A stretch of DNA of 64,000 nt, from assembly GCA_025210265.1 (NCBI GenBank), contig JAOASD010000032.1, positions 72,280 to 136,279 of the forward strand, given 5' to 3'. Positions 26,658-36,620 of the stretch are shown in pieces. A model generated the notes under the pieces. The model had not been told where the DNA came from. It saw only the letters and a program-made list of their open reading frames with translations, and made no database searches. This stretch comes from Pelagimonas sp. (GTDB lineage Bacteria > Pseudomonadota > Alphaproteobacteria > Rhodobacterales > Rhodobacteraceae). The translations under genes and the position numbers were made by a program. Every line of letters begins with the position of its first letter. Position 1 is the stretch's first letter.

Positions 26658-27128
26658 ATGCGCATTCATCTTTGCGTGGTGGGCCGACTGCGGTCAGGCC
26701 CTGAACGCACTCTGATCGACGATTATCTGACACGATTTGACCGGACGGGGCGGGCCTTGGGGCTTGGGCCCTGTCAGGTGCATGAGGTCGAGGACCGCAA
26801 GGGCGGTGGCATGGCCGCCGAGGCCACGCTGCTGCGCAAGTCCCTGCCCAAAGGCGCGCTGCTTTGCATCATGGATGAGCGCGGCAAGGTCATGTCCTCG
26901 CCGGATTTCGCCAATAAACTGGCGGGCTGGCGCGATGGCGGACGGCAGGATCTGGCGATTGTCATTGGCGGCGCGGACGGGATCGACCCGTCCCTGCGGG
27001 CCGAGGCCGATTTTGCCCTGTCCTTTGGTGCCATGGTCTGGCCGCATATGCTGGTCCGCGTGATGATCACGGAACAGCTGTATCGCGCGGCCTCTATCCT
27101 CGCCGGAAGCCCGTATCACCGGGTGTGA
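26658..27128 (+). CDS. rlmH: 23S rRNA (pseudouridine1915-N3)-methyltransferase
   Basis: 156 aa, SPOUT fold. MRIHLCVVGRL..., IVIGGADG and a C-terminal GSPYHR. Classic rsfS-rlmH pairing. Confidence 0.9.
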   Translation: MRIHLCVVGRLRSGPERTLIDDYLTRFDRTGRALGLGPCQVHEVEDRKGGGMAAEATLLRKSLPKGALLCIMDERGKVMSSPDFANKLAGWRDGGRQDLAIVIGGADGIDPSLRAEADFALSFGAMVWPHMLVRVMITEQLYRAASILAGSPYHRV

Positions 27129-28497
27129 TCGGGTCAATCGGAGCCAGATCCAAATCCAGCCTTTGTTCAATGATCCGCGCGGCGTGTAGCAGCGCGGCCT
27201 CTCCGCGCGGTTTGCCGATCAGCTGGATCCCCACGGGCAGCCCCGAATCGGTGAAGCCAACGGGCAAGGACAGCGCCGGCAGGCTGCATAGCGTGGCGGG
27301 CATGGCAAAAACCAGCCAAGACAGGTAATCGCGCGAGGCCACACCCGCGACCTGCGGCGGGAATTCGACCTCGACCGGCAGGGGCGGCAGGCCCGTGACC
27401 GGCGCGGCCAGAATGTCATGGCCTTTGGCGAACCATGCCAAAGCGTCTTGGTATAGCGCACTGCGTTTTGCGATGGCGGCGGCGATGTCGTCGACCTGCA
27501 GCGCGCGGCCCTCGGCAATGTTTTGTTGCAGGGCGGGTTTGTAATGCCTCGTGATCCGCTCTGGCGTCTGGCGGGCCTGCACCCAGAACCCCAGCGCGCG
27601 CAGCGTGCGGAAGCAGGCCTCGAACCCGTCCAGCTTGGGGCATGAGTCGCGCAGGGTGATGCCGTCACCGCTGATCTGTACCAACGCAGTGCGCAACAGG
27701 TCTGCCATCTCGGAGGTCACTGGCGCCTGACCGTTGAAATCGGGGGTAAAGCCGATGGTGAGCGGCGCGGGATCCGCCAGTGCGGCGCTCAGATAGCCGC
27801 CCGGTGCGGCGGGAAAGGACACTGGCCATTGCGGGTCATGCCCGGCCATGGCGTCCAGAAACAGCGCGCAATCGGCAACATTGCGGGCCATCGGGCCCTG
27901 AACTGGCATCGTGTCAAACCCATCGCCGCCATTGCCGCCCGCAATTCCGGGAGAGGGGCGCAGCCCGACCACCCGGCAGAAACTGGCAGGCGTGCGCAGG
28001 CTGCCGCCCAGATCAGACCCGTGCGATAGCCAGACCTCGCCCGTGGCCAGCCCAGCCGCGGCCCCGCCCGAGCTGCCACCCGCATTCATTTCCGTGTTCC
28101 ACGGGTTGCGCGTGGCACCGAATACGGCGTTGAACGTGTTGGCCCCGGCCCCCATTTCGGGCGAGTTGGTCTTGCCCAGAACCACACCACCACGGGATTC
28201 CATCCGCGTCACCAGCGGGTCAGAGGCGGAGGGAATGAAATCCGACAGGCCGACCGTGCCCCAGGTCGTGCGCACCCCTTCGACCGGGGTCAGATCCTTG
28301 ATCCCGATGGGCAGACCGGCCAGCAGACTGTCGCGGGGCGCGGTTTTGGCCGCGTTCAACGCGCGTTCGGCGCAGGATGTGACCATGGCGTTGATCGCCG
28401 GGCTTGTCTGGGACATCCGGGTCAGGCTGTCGGAGATCAATTCATCCGCGCTGATCTGGCCATCCCGCAGGGCGGTGACGACCTCAAGCGCGGTCAT
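27094..28497 (-). CDS. Amidase (amidase-signature family)
   Basis: GGSSGGAAAG signature and GSDLGGSLR. Start trimmed to MTALEVVTALRDG (467 aa). Its 3' end overlaps the rlmH 3' end by 35 nt (convergent). Confidence 0.85.
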   Translation of the reverse strand: MTALEVVTALRDGQISADELISDSLTRMSQTSPAINAMVTSCAERALNAAKTAPRDSLLAGLPIGIKDLTPVEGVRTTWGTVGLSDFIPSASDPLVTRMESRGGVVLGKTNSPEMGAGANTFNAVFGATRNPWNTEMNAGGSSGGAAAGLATGEVWLSHGSDLGGSLRTPASFCRVVGLRPSPGIAGGNGGDGFDTMPVQGPMARNVADCALFLDAMAGHDPQWPVSFPAAPGGYLSAALADPAPLTIGFTPDFNGQAPVTSEMADLLRTALVQISGDGITLRDSCPKLDGFEACFRTLRALGFWVQARQTPERITRHYKPALQQNIAEGRALQVDDIAAAIAKRSALYQDALAWFAKGHDILAAPVTGLPPLPVEVEFPPQVAGVASRDYLSWLVFAMPATLCSLPALSLPVGFTDSGLPVGIQLIGKPRGEAALLHAARIIEQRLDLDLAPIDPITPGDTGFRRG

Positions 28498-28537
28498 GCG
28501 CGTGGTTTCGGGGCCGGAAAAGGCGGCGCGTGGGGTC

Positions 28538-28882
28538 TTAGGCACAAGTGCTATCGGGGGCGGCGCAGAACATTTCATACAGCAGCCCGATCACCCGGCT
28601 CGTGTTTTCATTGGCCAGCGAATAATAGATCGTCTTGCCTTCGCGGCGGGTCACAACCAGCCCCTCTTCGCGCAGGCGGGCCAGCATCTGGCTGACCGCA
28701 GCCTGACGAATGCCCAGCAAGTCCTCTAACTCGCCGACAGAGCGTTCGCCGCCGCCGAGGTGACACAGAATCATCAACCGTCCCTCATGCGCCAGCGTTT
28801 TCAGAAACGCGGCGGCGTTTTGCGCGTTGGCGGCCATTTCACTGGGCGGCGCGGGGGGCTGTTGGATCTCTGTCTCGGCCAT
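28538..28882 (-). CDS. ArsR/SmtB-family transcriptional regulator
   Basis: 114 aa. LKTLAHEGRLMILCHLGGGERSVGELEDLLGIRQAAVSQMLARLREEGLV. Confidence 0.88.
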   Translation of the reverse strand: MAETEIQQPPAPPSEMAANAQNAAAFLKTLAHEGRLMILCHLGGGERSVGELEDLLGIRQAAVSQMLARLREEGLVVTRREGKTIYYSLANENTSRVIGLLYEMFCAAPDSTCA

Positions 28883-28942
28883 GCTTCACCTTGTTTTCCT
28901 CGACTGTAGCAGGGCGATTCGGAAAAGGGTAGGCCCGTGGGG

Positions 28943-30199
28943 TCAGTCGGTGTTGACAGGCGGGCCAACCGGAATTTGCACCGGGGCACCGCCGCCGAAA
29001 CTGTTGGGTTTGTCGTAATGGCAAGGCGCGTCCTGCATCTGCAGATGCAGCCCGTCGCCGGTATAGGGATGGGCGCGGGCCAGAGCCTCGTCGACCTCGA
29101 TCCCCAGCCCCGGCGCGGTTGGCGCGGTGACATAGCCACCTTCGACCCGCATGCTGCTTTTGATCAGCGCATCATGGAACGGGGTTTCGATGGTTTCGGC
29201 GATCAACAGGTTCGGGATCGACACGGCCAGCTGGATATTGGCGGCCCATTCAATCGGACCCGCATATAAATGCGGCGCCATCTGGGCGTTGTAGGTTTCG
29301 GCCAGTGTGGCGATTTTCTTGGCCTCCCAGATGCCGCCGGCGCGGCCAAGCGCGGGTTGCAGGATGCTGGCGGCCCCCTGGCGCAGCACTTGGGCAAATT
29401 CGGCCTTGGTGCTTAGGCGTTCACCGGTGGCGACGGGCACGGGCTGGCCCTGTGCAACCTGCGCCATGGCGGGGATGTTGTCCGGGGGGACGGGCTCTTC
29501 GAACCAGAGCGGTTGATAGGGCGCGATGGCCTGCCCAAGCCTAAGCGCGCCAGAGGTGGTGAATTGCCCATGGGTGCCAAAGAGCAGATCGGCGCGCGTG
29601 CCCACCGCCGCGCGGATGGCTTTGCAGAACTCGACCGACAGCATCAGGTCGGCCAGCGCCGGTTCATGCCCGCCGCGCATGGTGTAGGGTCCGGCCGGGT
29701 CGAATTTCACGGCAGTGTAGCCGCGCGCAACGCAGTCCAGCGCCGCCTCGGCAGCCATATCCGGTGAGGTCCAGAACCTGTCTATGTCGTGATGGGGCAG
29801 GGGGTACAGGTAGGTATAGGCGCGGATGCGTTCGTTCATCATACCGCCGATCAGGGCCCAGACCGGGCGGTCGCGGGCCTTGCCCAGAATGTCCCAGCAG
29901 GCGATCTCCAGCCCGGAAAACGCGCCCATGACGGTCAGGTCCGGGCGTTGGGTAAAGCCCGAGGAATAGCAGCGGCGGAACAGGCGTTCGATATTTTCGG
30001 GGTTTTCACCCTGAAAATATCGCTGGAACAGGTCAGAGATCACGGCCCGCATAGCATCCGGGCCGACCGAGGCAGCATAGCATTCACCCCAGCCGGTGAT
30101 ACCGCAGGCGGTGGTCAGCTTGATTAGGATCCAGTAGCGCCCGCCCCAGCCGGGCGCAGGCGGGGCGGTGATGATGATGTCGAGATCCTGAAGTTTCAT
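28943..30199 (-). CDS. Enolase-superfamily enzyme (mandelate racemase/muconate-lactonizing family, acid-sugar dehydratase-like)
   Basis: 418 aa. MKLQDLDIII...GITGWGECY N-terminal capping domain and barrel-domain motifs (FEEPV, GERL). Confidence 0.8.
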   Translation of the reverse strand: MKLQDLDIIITAPPAPGWGGRYWILIKLTTACGITGWGECYAASVGPDAMRAVISDLFQRYFQGENPENIERLFRRCYSSGFTQRPDLTVMGAFSGLEIACWDILGKARDRPVWALIGGMMNERIRAYTYLYPLPHHDIDRFWTSPDMAAEAALDCVARGYTAVKFDPAGPYTMRGGHEPALADLMLSVEFCKAIRAAVGTRADLLFGTHGQFTTSGALRLGQAIAPYQPLWFEEPVPPDNIPAMAQVAQGQPVPVATGERLSTKAEFAQVLRQGAASILQPALGRAGGIWEAKKIATLAETYNAQMAPHLYAGPIEWAANIQLAVSIPNLLIAETIETPFHDALIKSSMRVEGGYVTAPTAPGLGIEVDEALARAHPYTGDGLHLQMQDAPCHYDKPNSFGGGAPVQIPVGPPVNTD

Positions 30200-30250
30200 G
30201 CGGGTGCTCCGGTTTTTGGAGGGTGTCGGATCGCTGGCGCGATCCGATCC

Positions 30251-30300
30251 GCTGGGGGCGCTGCCCCCAGACCCCCGAGGGTATTTTCAAAGCAAAGAAG
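30251..30300. repeat. Family B 3'-end repeat, inverted copy
   Basis: The reverse complement reads cttctttgctttgaaaataccctcgggggtctgggggcagcgcccccagc. It lies immediately 3' of the minus-strand ADH gene. Confidence 0.65.
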
Positions 30301-30310
30301 GGCCGGGGTG

Positions 30311-31396
30311 TCAGGTGTCGAACAGGATCACATTGCGGCGGGCTTTGCCGGATTTGGTGTCGGCGATGGCGTCGTTGATCTGATCGAGTGTGAACCGGCC
30401 TGAAACAAGTTCGTCCAGTTTCAGGCGGCCTTGTTGATACAGATCGGCCATCCAGGGGATGTCGCGTGAAATCACCACATCGCCCATTTTTGATCCGATG
30501 AAGCCCTGTCCCATAAAGGCGGGGACCACGGGTTCGTATTCGGCCATGGCACCGCTGGCGGGCATCCCGATCATGACCATGCGGCCGCCCCATCCCAGAT
30601 AGCGTGGGGCGCTGTTATAGGCCGGGATTGCGCCGACTGTGACGGCCACCAGATCCGCTCCGCGCCCCATGGCTTTGATCGCTTGTTTCCAGGGGGCTTT
30701 TTCTGTGGCAAGCACACCGTGAGTGGCCCCAAATTCCATGGCGTCGTCCAGTTTGTCCTGGCTCATATCCACGGCGATGATGCGGCGGGCCCCGGCGATG
30801 CGTGCGCCCTGAATGGCATTCAGTCCCACGCCGCCTGCGCCTATGACGACCACGTCTTCGCCTGCGCGCAGCTTGCCTGCATTGACCACCGCGCCGATGC
30901 CGGTGATCACGCCGCAGGCCAGCAATGCCACGGATTCCGGCGGCATTGTGTCCGGCAATTTGACCAGCTGGCTGGCATCCACCACGACTTTTTCCGCGAA
31001 GGCGCCGCAATTCATGGCCTGCACCACCGGCGTGCCGTCGCTGCGGCTGAGAGGGCTGGTTGCGCCACCTGGATCGGCGCAGATCACCGGGCGGCCTGAT
31101 GCGCAATTGGGGCAGGTGCCACAGGCGCGGATCAGGGTGACGCAGACTCTGTCGCCGGTTTTCAGCCCGTTTACGCCGTCACCGATGGCGGTGACGCGCC
31201 CTGCGGCTTCGTGACCGTAAACGGCAGGCAGATCGCCCCCCCAGGCCCCATCGGCATAGGAAATGTCGGAATGGCAGATGGCCACGGCCTCGAGTGTGAC
31301 TTCGACCTCGCCTGTTTGCGGGCTGCGCAGCTCGAGGTCTTCGATGGATAGGGGTGCGCCGAATTCTGTGCAGATGGCGGCTTTGATGCGCGTCAT
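30311..31396 (-). CDS. Zinc-dependent alcohol dehydrogenase (MDR family)
   Basis: 361 aa. AICHSD zinc ligand region, structural-zinc Cys cluster CGTCPNCASG, and GAGGVGL Rossmann motif. Confidence 0.88.
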   Translation of the reverse strand: MTRIKAAICTEFGAPLSIEDLELRSPQTGEVEVTLEAVAICHSDISYADGAWGGDLPAVYGHEAAGRVTAIGDGVNGLKTGDRVCVTLIRACGTCPNCASGRPVICADPGGATSPLSRSDGTPVVQAMNCGAFAEKVVVDASQLVKLPDTMPPESVALLACGVITGIGAVVNAGKLRAGEDVVVIGAGGVGLNAIQGARIAGARRIIAVDMSQDKLDDAMEFGATHGVLATEKAPWKQAIKAMGRGADLVAVTVGAIPAYNSAPRYLGWGGRMVMIGMPASGAMAEYEPVVPAFMGQGFIGSKMGDVVISRDIPWMADLYQQGRLKLDELVSGRFTLDQINDAIADTKSGKARRNVILFDT

Positions 31397-31499
31397 GTGG
31401 TGGATCCTCCCGTCTTTTTCGGCCAGCCTGCGTTGCGCAAGACAGGGCTGGCAAGCGCGAAAGCGGCGTGATGGTCGGAAAGCGACATGCGCCGTGGCG

Positions 31500-32693
31500 T
31501 CAGCGGCGTTGCAGCCGCAGGAACAGGAGGAAGGCCGCGCAGGTCAAAGCCAGCGACACAAGGAACGGCGCGCCGGGGAAATACAGCGCCGCACCGGGGC
31601 GGGTGAAGGCGGCAAAAACCGTGGGCAGGATCAGCGGGGCCAGCACCATGGCGACCGATGTGATCGAGGACAGCGCGCCCTGCAATTCGCCTTGCCGTTT
31701 GGGGCCGACCTGTTGGGACAGCAGCCCCTGCATTGCGGGTGTGAACACGCCGCCAAGTGCGGCAATCGGGGTCAATGCCAGCACGATCCAGCCTGAGGGG
31801 ATAAAGGCGATGGCGGTAAAGGCCACCGCATTGCAGCCCAGGCCGACCAGCGCCGTGCCCCGTTCTCCGCAATGGGTCAGCAGCGGGCGGATCACCAGCG
31901 CCTGCGAGATGGCGATAGAGATGCCAAACACGCCCAGCGACAGGCCGATCATCCCCGCATCCCAGCCAAAGCGCGCCTGACCGAAATAGGCCCAGATCGT
32001 CGGGTAAACTGCAAAGGCCAGCTGGTACAGGAAATAGGTGCTGACACCGCGCGACAGGCCCGGCAGACGGGACAGGGCGCGCAGCGCGCCAAACGGGTTT
32101 GCCCGGCGCCAGTCAAAGGCGCGGCGGGTTTCTTCTGTCACGGTTTCGCGCAGCACCAAAAGGCCCAGGATCAGGTTCAGCGCGGCCAGAATGGCAGCGG
32201 CCCAAAACGGCGCGCGGGTGCCCAGCTCGCCCAGAAGCCCGCCGAGCATCGGACCGATGATGAATCCCACGCCAAAGGCGGCTGAAATCAGGCCAAAGCC
32301 CTGCGCGCGTTTGTCGGCGCTGGACAGGTCGGCCATGCAGGCGGCGGCTGCGGATTGGGTGGCCGCGGTGATGCCTGCAATGATGCGCCCGACGACCAGC
32401 AGCCAGATCGCCCCCGCCAGCGCCATGACCACGTAATCCACCGCCATGAAAAACAGGGCGATCAGCAGAACGGGGCGGCGGCCATAGCGATCGGATAGGC
32501 TGCCCAGCAGCGGCGCGCAGAGGAACTGCATCACGGCAAACACGCCGGACAGCACGCCGCCCCACAGGGCCGCGCGGGACAGGTCTTCGCCTGTGACTTC
32601 GATGATCAGCGCAGGCATGACAGGCACGATCAGCCCGATGCCCATGGCGTCGATCATCACCGTCATCAGCAGGAAAAGGACCGGCAGGCGCAT
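31500..32693 (-). CDS. MFS transporter (TCR/TetA-like)
   Basis: 397 aa, about 12 hydrophobic segments. MFS motif LGSLSDRYGRRPVL. Starts 3 nt after the pcaB stop. Confidence 0.85.
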   Translation of the reverse strand: MRLPVLFLLMTVMIDAMGIGLIVPVMPALIIEVTGEDLSRAALWGGVLSGVFAVMQFLCAPLLGSLSDRYGRRPVLLIALFFMAVDYVVMALAGAIWLLVVGRIIAGITAATQSAAAACMADLSSADKRAQGFGLISAAFGVGFIIGPMLGGLLGELGTRAPFWAAAILAALNLILGLLVLRETVTEETRRAFDWRRANPFGALRALSRLPGLSRGVSTYFLYQLAFAVYPTIWAYFGQARFGWDAGMIGLSLGVFGISIAISQALVIRPLLTHCGERGTALVGLGCNAVAFTAIAFIPSGWIVLALTPIAALGGVFTPAMQGLLSQQVGPKRQGELQGALSSITSVAMVLAPLILPTVFAAFTRPGAALYFPGAPFLVSLALTCAAFLLFLRLQRR

Positions 32694-32696
32694 GGG

Positions 32697-34022
32697 TTAG
32701 TGCGCCCTGGCGGCTTTGGCAAAAGTGAGCGCCTCGTCTGGGGCGCTGCCCAGGTTGCGGGCCGGGTCAAACAGGGTTTCCGGCAGGTCGGGATAGGCGG
32801 CTAGCGCCAGATCACGCAGGCTTTGACCCGTTTCGCGCGCTTCTGCGCACAGGGTTTTGACCTTGGCCTGCGCGTCGGGCCGGGGCATGTCGCCTGCCAG
32901 CGCAAAGCTGAGCGCCTCTGCCAGCAGCATCCCATCCGTGGCGTCCAGATTGGCGCGCATTGCGTTAGCATTCGGCCCCATGCTGGTGCCGAGCGTCTGC
33001 GCATGGGTCAGCGCCGCGGCGCAGCTTTGCACCAGCTGCGGCAGGGTCAGCCATTCGGTGAACCAGGCCGCGCCGTCCCGTTGCAGCCGGTGAACACCCG
33101 CGCCCTGCAATGTCATATTCAGCCCCTGCGCATGTCGCGCCAGCGCCACCAGCACCGAGGGCACCACAGGGTTCTGTTTCTGCGGCATGGTCGAAGAGCT
33201 GCCCGCTGTAGACAGCGCGATTTCGCCAATGCCGGACTGCGCCATCAGCACCAGATCTTCGCCCAGCTTGCCAAGCGCGGTGCAGCAGCGCGCCATCCAT
33301 CCGGCCAGCTCAAGGATCAGGCTGCGGTCGCTGTGCCAGCTGCGACCGGGATCGCGCAGGCCGAGCTTTTCCGCCAGACCCGCGCGCACGATAGCCGGAT
33401 CGGGACCAAGCTCGGATCCGGTGCCCGCCGCGCCGGACAGGCTGACGGGCAGGCCACGATCGCGGATCGCGCGTAGTTCGTCATGCAGGGTCAGCAGCGG
33501 CCAGCCCCAATTGGCCACCAGCGCGCCAAAGCTGGTCGGGGTGGCGTGCTGGCCATAGGTGCGCGCAGCCATGGGGGTATTGGCGTGATCTTCTGCCAGC
33601 GTGGCAAGGGCGCTGATCGTGTCGCCAAGCTGCGTGTCGAACTGCCCCAGCGCCTGCCGCATCCGCAGCATCAGGGCGCTGTCCTGAATGTCCTGACTGG
33701 TCGCGCCCCAATGCAGGTATTGCGCATGTTCGGGGGCCTGCATTTCATCGCGGAAGGCAGCGACCAAGGCCGGGGTGGACACGCCATTGCCCGCTGTGGC
33801 CTTGGCCAGCGCGCCGGGGTCGATCTGGATTTCCATCGCCGCGCGCTGGATCGCCCCGGCCGAGTCCTTTGGAATGATGCCCAGCCCGGCCTGCACCTGC
33901 GCCAACGCGCCTTCGACGATCATCATGGCGCGGATTTCGGCGCTGTCCGAGAACAGGCGCGCGGTGTCCCCGGCGGGGAACAGGCCGGACAGAAGGTGGC
34001 TGTCAAACGGTGTTGCGGGCAT
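32697..34022 (-). CDS. pcaB: 3-carboxy-cis,cis-muconate cycloisomerase (fumarate-lyase superfamily)
   Basis: 441 aa. Lyase signature GSSTMPQKQNP. Directly downstream of pcaD. Confidence 0.8.
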   Translation of the reverse strand: MPATPFDSHLLSGLFPAGDTARLFSDSAEIRAMMIVEGALAQVQAGLGIIPKDSAGAIQRAAMEIQIDPGALAKATAGNGVSTPALVAAFRDEMQAPEHAQYLHWGATSQDIQDSALMLRMRQALGQFDTQLGDTISALATLAEDHANTPMAARTYGQHATPTSFGALVANWGWPLLTLHDELRAIRDRGLPVSLSGAAGTGSELGPDPAIVRAGLAEKLGLRDPGRSWHSDRSLILELAGWMARCCTALGKLGEDLVLMAQSGIGEIALSTAGSSSTMPQKQNPVVPSVLVALARHAQGLNMTLQGAGVHRLQRDGAAWFTEWLTLPQLVQSCAAALTHAQTLGTSMGPNANAMRANLDATDGMLLAEALSFALAGDMPRPDAQAKVKTLCAEARETGQSLRDLALAAYPDLPETLFDPARNLGSAPDEALTFAKAARAH

Positions 34023-34058
34023 GGTCTGGCTTTCTATGAGTTTGGGGGCTTGCGCGGT

Positions 34059-34847
34059 TTAGCAGTGGCCCTGCGCCTTTAGGAAATCGTTGATCAGCGC
34101 GGCATAGGTTTGTGGCGCTTCGACACAGGGCAGGTGGCCCGCGCCGCGGATCAGCTGGAAATCCGATCCGGGGATCAGGTTGATTGTTTCGCGCACCATG
34201 TCAGGCGGGGTGGAGCCATCCTCGGACCCGGCAATGCCAAGCGCGGGCAGGCGCAGCGCGGCGGTTGGCGTGTAGAAATCCGTACCGGCAATGGCATGGG
34301 CGCAGCCCGCCCAGCCTTCGGCTCGGCAAGACAGGAACATATTGCGCCACATGGGAAATTCCGCGCTGTCGCGGAATTTGCGCGAGAACCAGCGTTCCAT
34401 GGTCGGATCAACGATGGCGCTGGGGCCGTTTGCCTGCACTGCGTCGATCCGGTCCTGCCACATTTGCCGTGTGCCGATCTTGGCACCGGTGTTGGACAGC
34501 ACGATGGCGCGCACCAGATCCAGCCGTTTCGTCGCCAGCCCCTGCGCGATCAGCCCGCCAATGGACAGGCCAACAAAGATCGCATCGCGAAAGCCCACAT
34601 GATCCATCAGCGCCTCGGCGTCACCCACCAGCTGGCCCATCGTATAAGGCGCATTGGGACAGTCGCTGAGTCCATGGCCGCGTTTGTCATAGCGCAGGAT
34701 ACGCAGGCCCGTGGGCAGCAGAGGCAGCACCTGATCCCAAAGCCGCAGATACGTGCCCAGCGAGTTGGCGAATACAACCTGCGTGCCGTCTTTGGGGCCG
34801 TCGAGGCGATAGTTCAGATGGATCCCGTTCAGCTGAGCAATGGGCAT
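34059..34847 (-). CDS. pcaD: 3-oxoadipate enol-lactonase (alpha/beta hydrolase)
   Basis: Start trimmed to MPIAQLNGIHLNYRLDG (262 aa). Nucleophile motif GLSIGG. Confidence 0.8.
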   Translation of the reverse strand: MPIAQLNGIHLNYRLDGPKDGTQVVFANSLGTYLRLWDQVLPLLPTGLRILRYDKRGHGLSDCPNAPYTMGQLVGDAEALMDHVGFRDAIFVGLSIGGLIAQGLATKRLDLVRAIVLSNTGAKIGTRQMWQDRIDAVQANGPSAIVDPTMERWFSRKFRDSAEFPMWRNMFLSCRAEGWAGCAHAIAGTDFYTPTAALRLPALGIAGSEDGSTPPDMVRETINLIPGSDFQLIRGAGHLPCVEAPQTYAALINDFLKAQGHC

Positions 34848-35074
34848 GGTCGAACACCTGTTTGTTCCGGTTTGGGGCAATTTAGAATGCACGTCAAAAG
34901 GTGGGAACTGGTTTTTGAATGAATTCTGGGGTGGGGTAAATGCAGGTCTGGCAAGTGGGAGGCGGGAAAAGCTGGGGTGTTGTGATGAGGGTTTCGCTCG
35001 GGCGGGGCCCGAGCGATCCGCGCGGCCCTGCGGGCCGCGCGTTTAAGGTAAGAGGCAAAGCTGTTTCGCCCCGG

Positions 35075-35265
35075 CTGCGCCGGGACGACCCGCGCGCCTG
35101 CGGCGCGTTTTTTTGGGGGGGATATTTGGCTAAGGCTGTTCAGCTCTAGAACTCACCAAAGCAAAAGCTCTGGGTCCGTCCCTCGTCTGATCTGTGCCCT
35201 GACAGGCAACCCGCCCCGCGTCAAGGAAAATAGCCGTATCCCCGCCTGCGGCGCGGAGCCTCGGC
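35075..35265. repeat. Degenerate family B repeat copies inside the 493-bp pcaD / FKBP intergenic region
   Basis: Read on the minus strand: ccttagccaaatatcccccccaaaaaaacgcgccgcaggcgcgc, and a second gcgccgcaggcgggg unit. GCGCCTGCGGCGC occurs at 35092-35106 and 35244-35256. Confidence 0.5.
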
Positions 35266-35340
35266 GATTTTTCTTGTCTCGGGCCGTCCTGCCTGTCCGG
35301 TCAGATGCAGGCGATGGACGGCTCCAGAGCAAAGCTTGGG

Positions 35341-35769
35341 TCAGTTGATCGAGACCAGCTCGATTGCGAAGGTCAGGTCTTTGCCAGCCAGCGGGTGGTT
35401 GGCGTCCAGCGTGACTTCGGTTTCGGTGATCTCGACGACTGTGACGGGGATGACCTGACCGGTGGGGGCTTGCATTTGCAGCTGCAGGCCCTCTTCGAGC
35501 GGGATCTCGGCGGGGATTTCACCGCGCGGGATGGCCTGGCGGGCGCTGGGATCGGGCTGGCCATAGGCTTCGTCGGCGGGGATGTTCACGGTTTTCTTGT
35601 CACCGATTTCCATGCCGGGGATGGCTTTGTCGAGGCCGGGGATGATCTGGCCCGATCCAACGGTAAATTCCAGCGGGTCGCGGCCTGCGCTGGAATCAAA
35701 GGTGGAGCCATCGGCCAGGGTGCCGGTGTAGTGAAGGCGCACGGTGTCGCCGGATTTGACCTGCGTCAT
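35341..35769 (-). CDS. FKBP-type peptidyl-prolyl cis-trans isomerase
   Basis: 142 aa. VRLHYTGTLADGSTFDSS...PLEFTVGSGQIIPGLDKAIPGM. Confidence 0.9.
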   Translation of the reverse strand: MTQVKSGDTVRLHYTGTLADGSTFDSSAGRDPLEFTVGSGQIIPGLDKAIPGMEIGDKKTVNIPADEAYGQPDPSARQAIPRGEIPAEIPLEEGLQLQMQAPTGQVIPVTVVEITETEVTLDANHPLAGKDLTFAIELVSIN

Positions 35770-35942
35770 GAAAGGTTCCGATCTGTGAGGCTGGGGAGCG
35801 TGTGAATGGACTGGCCCGGTTTGCCGGGGTTCAGAAGCGATAGGGCAGGGTAGGCCTGATATGTGCTGAATGCAAACAGGTGGGGTTTTCTCTGCGGGCG
35901 GGGCGTGTAACTTTGGTGATGAGCTGACTTGGGGGGAACGGC

Positions 35943-36620
35943 ATGGCCATCACGACCTGTGTGTTTGACGCGTATGGCACGTTGTTTGATGTGTCGGCAG
36001 CGGCGCGGATTGCGGCAGAAGAGCCGGGGCGCGGGGCGCTGGCGGCGGTGCAGGCTGAGCTGGCCGAAGACTGGCGGCGCAAGCAGTTGGAATATAGCTG
36101 GCTGCGGGCGGTCACTGGGGATTATGTCAGTTTCTGGCAGGTGACACAGGATGCGCTGGATTGGGCGATGGCGCGTCAGGGCTGGGATGATCTGGAGCTG
36201 CGCGAACGCCTGCTGGCGCTGTATTGGGAATTGGCGCCTTATCGCGAGGTGCCCTTTATGCTGGCCCATCTGAAGGCACGCGGGATGCAGGTCGCGATCC
36301 TGTCCAATGGCAACCCCGATATGTTGGACGGGGCGGTGGATCATTCCGGTTTGCGCAGTTATTTTGATGCGATCTTGTCGGTCGAAGAGGTCGGGATCTT
36401 TAAACCCTCCTCGCGGGTTTATGACCTTGTGGGCGCGCGCTTTGGCTGTGCAAGAGATGAGGTGTTGTTCGTGTCCTCGAATGGGTGGGACGTGGCGGGG
36501 GCGTCGAAATATGGCTTCCGTACCGTGTGGGTGAACCGCGCCGGGCTGCCGCAGGATCGACTGATGGCCGACCCGGCCCATGTGTTGAACGAATTGTCCA
36601 CCATCCCGGAGCTGATCTGA
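35943..36620 (+). CDS. Haloacid dehalogenase, type II (HAD superfamily)
   Basis: 225 aa. Nucleophile motif CVFDAYGTLFDV, with SNG and later SSNGWD motifs. Confidence 0.85.
   Translation: MAITTCVFDAYGTLFDVSAAARIAAEEPGRGALAAVQAELAEDWRRKQLEYSWLRAVTGDYVSFWQVTQDALDWAMARQGWDDLELRERLLALYWELAPYREVPFMLAHLKARGMQVAILSNGNPDMLDGAVDHSGLRSYFDAILSVEEVGIFKPSSRVYDLVGARFGCARDEVLFVSSNGWDVAGASKYGFRTVWVNRAGLPQDRLMADPAHVLNELSTIPELI

Noticed and set aside
28943-34847. Reading the pcaD-pcaB-MFS-ADH-enolase run as a complete beta-ketoadipate pathway cluster
   Set aside because: Only pcaB and pcaD are recognisable; pcaC, pcaG/H, pcaI/J and pcaF are absent from the window. The ADH and the enolase-superfamily genes cannot be assigned to the pathway from sequence alone.
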